Shown here one piece after another: positions 56,335 to 64,000 of a DNA stretch of 64,000 bases. Numbering within the stretch: the stretch's first letter is position 1; every line of letters begins with the position of its first letter. Below the pieces are notes generated by a model. It was not told the DNA's origin and searched no databases. It was given only the letters and a program-made list of their open reading frames with translations. Source of the DNA: Macrostomum lignano (Eukaryota). The stretch lies in the NCBI GenBank assembly GCA_002269645.1, contig NIVC01000110.1, forward strand, positions 248,001 through 312,000, read 5' to 3'. The position numbers were made by a program, and so were the translations under genes.

Positions 56335-56667
56335 ATGGATAAACACATTGCACTAATAACTGTCTTTTGTGAGGGCACTATATCCTTGCGTCGCTGCATA
56401 CTTACCTATGCAAATAAAAGCACCATTTGCTTTTTGGTCGAGTGTATTATCAACTTACTAGCAGGAAAAGTTGGCTGTGAAGATAGCTTGAAGCGGAGAC
56501 TCAGGCGATATCGAAATACTCTCCGGCTTGTTGCACAAAGCAAAAGTGTGAAAGAGGCTCGGCGCAATCTCTCACACCCGCATATCCTTCGTTGTCTTCC
56601 TCTGATTCTCACCTGTATAAAAAGACATGTACAAGGAAATGATACTGGTACCCCGGTTGCAGTATGA
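56335..56667 (+). CDS. Conserved small Polinton protein (PW-like)
   Basis: ECIINLLAGKV...L..Y...LR pattern recalled from Polintons; sits after the ATPase. Confidence 0.55.
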   Translation: MDKHIALITVFCEGTISLRRCILTYANKSTICFLVECIINLLAGKVGCEDSLKRRLRRYRNTLRLVAQSKSVKEARRNLSHPHILRCLPLILTCIKRHVQGNDTGTPVAV

Positions 56668-57222
56668 GGCACTTGTGAATCAGAGGGGCATGGAGACAGT
56701 CTGTGAACCCGAGCTAGAGGCGGAAAAACGTTGCGCAAGATTAGGGACGAGCGTTGCGTGCAGCAGCTGCAGGCAAGTGCGACCCAAGAACAGCCTCCAG
56801 TAATTCACAAAGAACCGCAGTGGAAGGAGGTTTTATATCTGACGGTGAATCAGAAATGGCATCATCGTCTGCAGGCATTGATTAGCTTCATAACCGTAAA
56901 GTGCAAGTCGATTAGCATAGATGATACGTATGAAGTTTCTGTCAATGGTAAACCGTTGTACAACTCAAATATCGTGGACCTGCTGCATTTCATAGTTAAA
57001 GATACGTACTCTAAGTACCTTCAGCCACCGAATGGGATTAATGAGTTTGTTACGTGTCTTCAAGAAAACCACGTGCCTCTGTCTGCAGTTGGTCTGAACA
57101 CTACAAAATTGCTGGAAAAGCCTCGGGAAGAAAAGTCCAGTCCTAAAAAACCTCGACTGCAAGGCTATAAGAAGACTCAGTCTCAGAAAGGATACGGCAA
57201 GTGGATCAAGTGGCCAAGATGA
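56639..57222 (+). pseudogene. Conserved Polinton hypothetical protein (frameshift in an A-run at ~56728)
   Basis: MILVP start, SNIVDLL, P.G...F...L....VP, terminal KWIKW. Confidence 0.5.
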
Positions 57223-57660
57223 TTGTCATTGATTTTGAAGGATTTCCGCACCTCTACAAAACAGAGGACTTTGTGATTAAGGAAATTGCATGGGTTGAGT
57301 TTGCATGCGGTCAAACGACGGCTCATTACTATTGCTACCGACCGCCGCACAGCTTTGAGCTCTTTGATCGAGGACAGCGACGAACCTGCTACTGGCTCAC
57401 CAATAAGCGGCACGGTCTAGACTGGGACAGGAGTGGGTTCCGACCCTACTCTTGTCTCTGGAGCGATATCTCTCACTTGCAAGGCCCGATATTTAGCAAG
57501 GGGGATGTCAAGTGCCAGTTCCTGTCGCGTCTGCTGCTACAGCCTGTCTACGACCTCGCACACCTGGCCTTTCCGAGTGCCTCGAAGTACGTGCTACCCT
57601 GCGCCCTGGCCAAGGTGGCGCTGTACGCTGATTGGCTGCGGCCTCGCGGCTACGGGTCTA
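57219..57660 (+). CDS. Stand-alone DEDD-type 3'-5' exonuclease-like protein (3' end uncertain)
   Basis: IVIDFEGF...KEIA...HGLDW...KG..K...DL...CAL; ATGA overlap with the upstream gene. Confidence 0.55.
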
Positions 57661-57696
57661 TAAAAGTAGCGATCTGCAGCAGGCACTGGCATTTCT
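57631..57696 (+). promoter_or_regulatory. CCAAT(reverse)-TATAAAAG-Inr core promoter of the TBP-like gene
   Basis: ATTGG at 57631, TATAAAAG at 57659-66, CATTTC 32 nt after the TATA start, ATG at 57712. Confidence 0.55.
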
Positions 57697-57711
57697 CTCG
57701 ATTGTCTAAAG

Positions 57712-58311
57712 ATGGCCGCAGCAATTCGCGTAACAAACATCGTGACAGGAGCCGACCTGGCGACCCGGGTGGCTCTGCCACAACTAGCGAATTTCCTGAC
57801 TCTTCATCTGCCTCAGTATCACACAATCCGCCATCGCCTGGTTCATCCTCGAACACTGGCTGTGGCGATGAAGAGCGGGCAGCATCGAGTAACCGCGCTG
57901 GTGTATCCGACCGGACAAGTGTCTGTCTGTGGAGCCAAAAGCATGGAGGAAGCTCTCGCAGAGACGGAGAAGATTGTGAAGCTGTGTGCGGACTTCTTGC
58001 GATTGACCAGTCTGCCCCAGGTTCGCATCAAGACTATTACCTCTGTGACGGCCTTTCCCGCGGGTCGGCATCCACTCCGGTTGGGGGAAGTCAAGTCTAA
58101 ATGGCCGCATCGGGCCACCTACGAGCCGGAAATGTTTAACGGACTTGTGCTCGAGTTTACTGCCTCTGTAAAGTTGATTTTGTTTCATTCATATCGCTGT
58201 ATAATAGCTGGTGCTCGCAGCGTGGTTGAGGCTCAGACTGCAGCTGATGCCCTCTCCCGCATTTTGCTACCAGATCAAGCATCCGAACCTACTTTGCTGG
58301 ACTCTGACTGA
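57712..58311 (+). CDS. TATA-binding-protein-like protein, 199 aa
   Basis: Two TBP repeats: TNIV..., TALVYPTGQVSVCGAKS, YEPEMFNGL, LILFHS.RCIIAGARS; AATAAA at ~58441. Confidence 0.85.
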   Translation: MAAAIRVTNIVTGADLATRVALPQLANFLTLHLPQYHTIRHRLVHPRTLAVAMKSGQHRVTALVYPTGQVSVCGAKSMEEALAETEKIVKLCADFLRLTSLPQVRIKTITSVTAFPAGRHPLRLGEVKSKWPHRATYEPEMFNGLVLEFTASVKLILFHSYRCIIAGARSVVEAQTAADALSRILLPDQASEPTLLDSD

Positions 58312-58743
58312 GCTCCTCTACGGCATAACAGTAGTAGTGAGATCTGCCTATGCACCGAGTAATAATAATAATAATAATAATAATAATATTTTTCCTATAA
58401 CTTTACTTCTATATTTTTTGTGTACAAAATATAAGAAAAAATAAACGCGAATGCGACTATGTTTGTGCAACAATGCTTACGAAAATGAAATGTTTTTTTT
58501 TGTTTATTTTATTGGCAGGTCCATGGATTGAAAAGCATAAAATTACATGTTAAAAGCTCGTATTAGCACAAAAAAGTTTATTAAGAATGGAAGGGCAGTA
58601 TTAAGGCCCGTCGCCTGTATTTACAAAACAGTATTATCGCCCGGAATCAAAGCATGATGGGGCAATATTATAGCCAGTATTGACAAAGCAGTATATACAA
58701 CAGTGCATGATCAGTACTATGGTTCAAAACTATATTAAAAACG

Positions 58744-59432
58744 TTAATTGACGAAATGACCAGTTGTCGCTTCATGCATTGCGCGTCGCTTCATTGGTGG
58801 CTGGTGGAATGAAGGCTGTTGGTTCTTCTCAGCTGTTGGTGGCTCTTCCAGAGTTTCGGATGCAAATCTCTTTCTAAATTCAGCCTGAACTGCCTGGAAA
58901 GCCTCCCAGTGGTCGTCCCACTCTGCCGGCTGCCTGTCAGGTACTTGTATAAGTTGGTCGAGTGTAAGCCTTGCTGCCCATGCTGCACACTCTTCAGGCT
59001 CCGTAGGGTGGTATCCCATGGATCGCCGATCGGTGGCTTGACCGGAGGTTCTCGCTTGACAATTTTGTCTAGGACCCAATGCTTTTGAGCCCAGACTTCG
59101 CGCCAAAGTTTTGTAGGAAGCGGTAAGGCGTGCCTTAGGTGCACCGGCGGTCCGAGTACAGTTGGAAGGCGCCAGAGTGTGATTACGCCATTTTGCACAA
59201 CCACTTGCCTGTTGCCACCCAGAAGGCATTGCGCATCGATACACTTTCTTGCAAACTCTTCCAGTCGTTCCTTCAGGCTGCCCAAGTGGCAAAACTGGTG
59301 GACGGTGAGCTCCATGCCAGGCAGACCTGGTCGATACTCTTCATCAAATTTGTACCACTTTCTGATGCTGATGCACTTCGAGTGCGACCTGACGCCGATT
59401 CGAAATCTGTTCGATAATGTCTTGAAGTTCAT
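58744..59432 (-). CDS. PC4/Sub1-like ssDNA-binding protein (tandem PC4-like; C-terminal frame uncertain)
   Basis: ISIRKWYKFDEEYRPGLPGMELTVHQFCHL matches the PC4 core IRxxY....xPGxxGIxL...QW..L. Confidence 0.62.
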
Positions 59433-59439
59433 TTTGTTC

Positions 59440-60567
59440 ACTGTGAGCTTTCCTTCCGGCTGTGTGCGAGATTATATACGACGAGAGTTGGTAAGTAACA
59501 CCAGCTCCCGCTCCATAGCAATAACCAATCCGAACCCCGAATCCAACCCCACACAACAGCCCTCTCACAGGAACTCTCGGCAAATCAGGAGCCCTTCCGG
59601 GGACCACTCAGCCATTTAGAAACCAGCTCCTGTTCCATAGAAATAACTAATCCGAACCCCAAATCCAACCCCCACACAGCAGCCCTTTCGCAGGAACTCG
59701 GGCCTTAACAAAGTCTCAGCCATCAACGTAACAGGAGGTGGCGGGACCTTCTTGCGGCCCTCTGGCCGCCAAGAAGTAGCGTTCTAGGTCTAACGACCTC
59801 ACGCTGTACCCGCCACAGCAAGATACAGTACAACCAAAGCATGGAATGAGGGTTTTGCCTTGGCTAGCTTTAAAGGCGGTAAGTGAGACAGGTAATAAGA
59901 CTTGGGTTTAGGAATTAGGAGGGGGGAATTGGTTTTGGTTAGGGTACAGGATAGAAGGACCTTGCTACATGGGATGGGGCAAGGCGTAGGATAGGAGGGG
60001 GCCTTGGTATGGGATGCATGGGGTGCAGGACAGGAGGGGGTCTTGGTATGGGATGCACGGGGTGCAGGACAGGAGGGGTGTAGGACAGGAGGGGGTCTTA
60101 GTATGGGATGCATGGGGTGCAGGACAGGAGGGGGTCTTGGTATGGGATGCACGGGGTGCAGGACAGGAGGGGTGTAGGACAGGAGGGGGTCTTAGTATGG
60201 GATGCATGGGGTGCAGGACAGGAGGGGGTCTTGGTATGGGATGCACGGGGTGCAGGACAGGAGGGGGTCTTGGTATGGGATGCACGGGGTGCAGGACAGG
60301 AGGGGGTCTTGGTATGGGATGCACGGGGTGCAGGACAGGAGGGGTGTAGGACAGGAGGGGGCCTGGTTTGGGGTCGGGGGTGGGTGCGTGGGTTTGGGGT
60401 CGGGATTGGGTGCGTGGCGGTGGTGGGTTTGGGGTCGGGGTGGGTTTGGGGGTCGGGGTGGGTTTGGCGTCGGGGTGGGCGTCTTCGGGGCGCCCTCTCC
60501 CCTCATTGGCCGGGTGCCCCGGCCAATCCCGTGCGATGGCGGTAGAGGGTACCACTTTCCTACTACT
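59440..60567 (-). repeat. Polinton right TIR
   Basis: Inverted copy of the left TIR with extra 33-bp units. Confidence 0.95.
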
Positions 60568-61842
60568 GTGCTCCTTGAAAAGGATAATAAAAAGCAGAGG
60601 CATAACACCCTCCGGGTAGTTGATGTGCAGTCCATGAAGTGCACCACTAAAGTCAGCCAACCAGTTGACATACATCCAGTCGGTCCTTGTTCCGTCAGAA
60701 ATGACTGCTGCGCCACCTGATAGGCAGGCGTCCGTCTCAACCACCAGCCGGTTCGCGAAGGCCGGCCACAGTTCGATTCCATGCATCCAGTTCGTTGCTG
60801 ATCGCCAGAAACGCAGCTGCTCACCAAGTTGACCTTCGATGCGCATCTTGTGGTGAGGCAAGTCCAGGCTGTTGGTCAGGTTGATGAGGCCCCGAAGTAA
60901 CGATCTACCAGCGCGGGCGACCTCGCAGAACCAACCGATTTTTCCGCAGAGCTTCTGCAGTTGCTTTTTGCTGAGTCGCTTGCTGGCAGCTGCGGCGTCC
61001 AGCAGGCTCTGCAAAGATTCGAGTTTCTCCTGCGGGAGAGTCAGGCGGCCTTCAGCCGTATCAATGTGGATGCCGAGAAAAACCATAGACTTGCTGGGTG
61101 GAGATAGGTTCTCCCAGTTGATTGAAAAACCCAGGCGGCGCAGCAGACTCAGAAGAGTGCTATAGGCTTCCTGGCAGGCTTCCAGCGTGCTCGCGGCAAC
61201 GGCAAAGTCATCGAGGTAGTTGCAGATGACGTGGTACCCTCGCCGAACCATCATACGCTTGACGGCTTCCGACAACCGGTGGAAAATGTTGACGCTAGCG
61301 GCGAACCCGAAGCCGAGGCAGGTGTCAACGAGGTACCTGGGCTCACTCTCGCCGCTGAAGGTCCACCGGAGTCCTGTGATGGAGTAGGCTGTAGAGCTGA
61401 CGGGACAGGAGCGGTAGGCTTTGGCCAGATCGATTTTAGCCATAAACCAACCCGGCTTCAGCTTCTTGGTAAATGCGTTGACAGTCGAAAAGCGAAGCTT
61501 CTTGTCCTGCTTAAAGTACTCATTGATGCTCCGGCCGCGAGGCAGACTGGCGTCGTGGATCAGCCGGAGACCTCCAGGAGACTTGGCCACCGCTCCCAGG
61601 GGGCTGACGATGAGCGGTTTATCCTTCACTAACATGTACCTGTTGTTCTTCAGTTCCTCCAGGATCAGCTTCTCAACTTGCTCACGATTCTCAGGACAAG
61701 TGGCAGATCTGTGGTTTTCTTCGCTAGCTGCGAGGATATTGCTCTGGTTGGTGATTTCGAAACCTTTTCTGATGCCGTTCAAGATGAACTCGGTGTCTGG
61801 ATCCGACTGTAGCTCTTCCTCCCATACAGATAACTTATGCAC
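60568..61842 (-). pseudogene. Ngaro RT and N-terminal RNase H
   Basis: KIDLAKAY, LGFGF, YLDD, FLGI.ID, ETDAC; interrupted by the Polinton. Confidence 0.9.
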
Positions 61843-61979
61843 ACCGGGGGTTAGGGGTGCTAGTCAGCACGTATGTACAGCGCGTAAAACCAGTATGAGT
61901 ACAAGGCGATAAAAAGGGGGCAGCGAGGCGGGTCGCTCCGCCATTAAAATCGGGTAAAGCCCACTTGCTTTACCCGCCC

Positions 61980-62552
<573 letters not shown>

Positions 62553-64000
62553 ACCTCAAACCTATGCGTGAGCAGATTTCGCAAGCTGAGGTCAGAGTCG
62601 CCTTAATTCTCTTTTGTTCTCTTGACCCACCGTGAGTGAATGAGTCATGAGTCACCTCAGCTCCGAGCGGCATGGATGCAGCTCCCTGCAACTCAGTCCA
62701 AGCAAAATGCGCACAAAACAGCGTGTAGTAGAAGGAATTCTAAGAAATGTGGACAAGCCGAGAGTGAGGCTAAAGGGGGGCTCGGTGCCCAGCCAAGGCT
62801 GCTCTTTTGAAAAGGCTTTCGCCAAGGACAGGACGAGCCTCGGTTTCAGGTATTGCGAGCAATGCCCACTAATACGCTCGAAGAGGCACTAAATTAATTC
62901 TATAGGGATATATCGTGAGAAATTTTGCTATCGAAAAGAATCTATTTTTTACAAGCATTGGTGCGACGCAATTAGTGCCCTCAGTATTGGCGCTAGAATG
63001 ATTGGCGCCCAAACGATGACGCATCTAATATTGGCGCTAGAATGATTGGCGCCAAAACGATGACGCATCTAATATTGGCGCTGAAATGATGGCGTTTCCC
63101 AATCTTGGCGCTAGACGCCTCCCAATTGGCGCTAAAATGATGGCGCCGCTCAATATTGGCGCTAAAATGATGGCGCCTCCAATGATTGACACGAATGACC
63201 TTCAATTGACCTTGAAACGTTTTAAAACAAAATGCACTCAAGCTAGCTGTTACTACTTAAATAACGTATGAAAGTAGTAAAGTGCGTGAAAATAATAACA
63301 CAATTTAATTTTGGCCTAAGAAATTGACTGAGTGAGACTATTTTCGTTACATTGCCAGTTTTCCGAACCCAGTTTTTTGTTTAACGTGTGCTTTGTTTGA
63401 ACTGGCAGCTTATTTATGTTCCGGTGAAATTTATCGGTAGGAATCGATTCAAATTGTGGGTAATGCGAGCAGAGAAATTTTTGTGGATTCAAAAGCAGAT
63501 ATGCATGGAATACGAAGTAGACAGCACATGTATCCGGCCATACATTGGTCCAGTTCTCTATGATATACTTTTAAAACTGAAGTTTGTTACATCTTCGTGT
63601 TTAAGCCCTTTTAAACAAGTTTTAAACTTTCAACAATAGCAAACACATTCATCTATGGGGTCTGCTATGGGGTGGACATGCCAATGCTCTGGGGCCCCCA
63701 CACCACCTTGTGACCCGTTGTGGAAATCAATCATTTTGTTTCAGGGCGCTAAAATAGAGCACATGTGGCGCCAAAACTAGTGCCTGCAGCGCTAAAATGA
63801 ATGCCTGCGGCGCCAAAATAGAGTGCCCACGGCGCCAAAAAGAGTGCTTGTTGCGCCAAAATGAGTGCTTGTGGCGCCAAAATAAGTGCTTGTGGCGCCA
63901 AAATAGAGTGCCTGCGGCGCCAAAATCAGTGCTTGTGGCGCCAAAATGAGTGCTTGTGGCGCCAAAATAAGTGCTTGTGGCGCCAAAATAGAGTGCCTGC
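62553..64000. repeat. Second copy of the 20493 block, running into a left-truncated MITE array
   Basis: Matches 20493-21975, then resumes at the equivalent of ~22324; runs off the window. Confidence 0.88.

Larger units (their letters stand above)
47700..60567. mobile_element. Polinton/Maverick (endogenous polintovirus), 12,868 bp
   Basis: Termini AGTAGTAGG.../...CCTACTACT; 6-bp TSD GTGCTC (47694-99 and 60568-73); TIRs 47700-48731 and 59440-60567; core gene set present. Confidence 0.96.

Noticed and set aside
57660-58100. C-terminal extension of the 299-aa exonuclease-like ORF
   Set aside because: Low-complexity alternate-frame read of the TBP-like gene; probably not a genuine domain

Overview
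Intron-rich eukaryotic (metazoan) DNA. The GC-rich exons, dense mini/microsatellites and gene families suggest a free-living flatworm such as Macrostomum; this is inference only. The first ~32 kb holds host genes among tandem repeats, MITEs and SINEs: two divergent rhodopsin-type GPCRs, an ER-targeted JmjC/EF-hand/KDEL protein, a head-to-head ANKRD53-like/MORN2 pair with an X-box, an MS4A-like tetraspan gene and an ankyrin + cGAS-like NTase pseudogene. The last ~32 kb is two adjacent nested-element stacks. (1) A Mag-type Ty3/gypsy element sits in a 12-bp minisatellite and is interrupted in RT by a second gypsy element that carries an intact DnaJ/J-domain ORF in the env position. (2) An Ngaro-type tyrosine-recombinase retroelement sits in a (TATC)n tract and is interrupted in RNase H by a 12.9-kb Polinton/Maverick (AGTAGT termini, ~1-kb TIRs, 6-bp TSD). 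The Polinton encodes pPolB, an intron-containing integrase, minor and major capsid proteins, protease, packaging ATPase, an exonuclease-like protein, a TBP-like protein with its own CCAAT-TATA-Inr promoter, and a PC4-like protein. All family assignments come from motif recognition by eye, with no database search.
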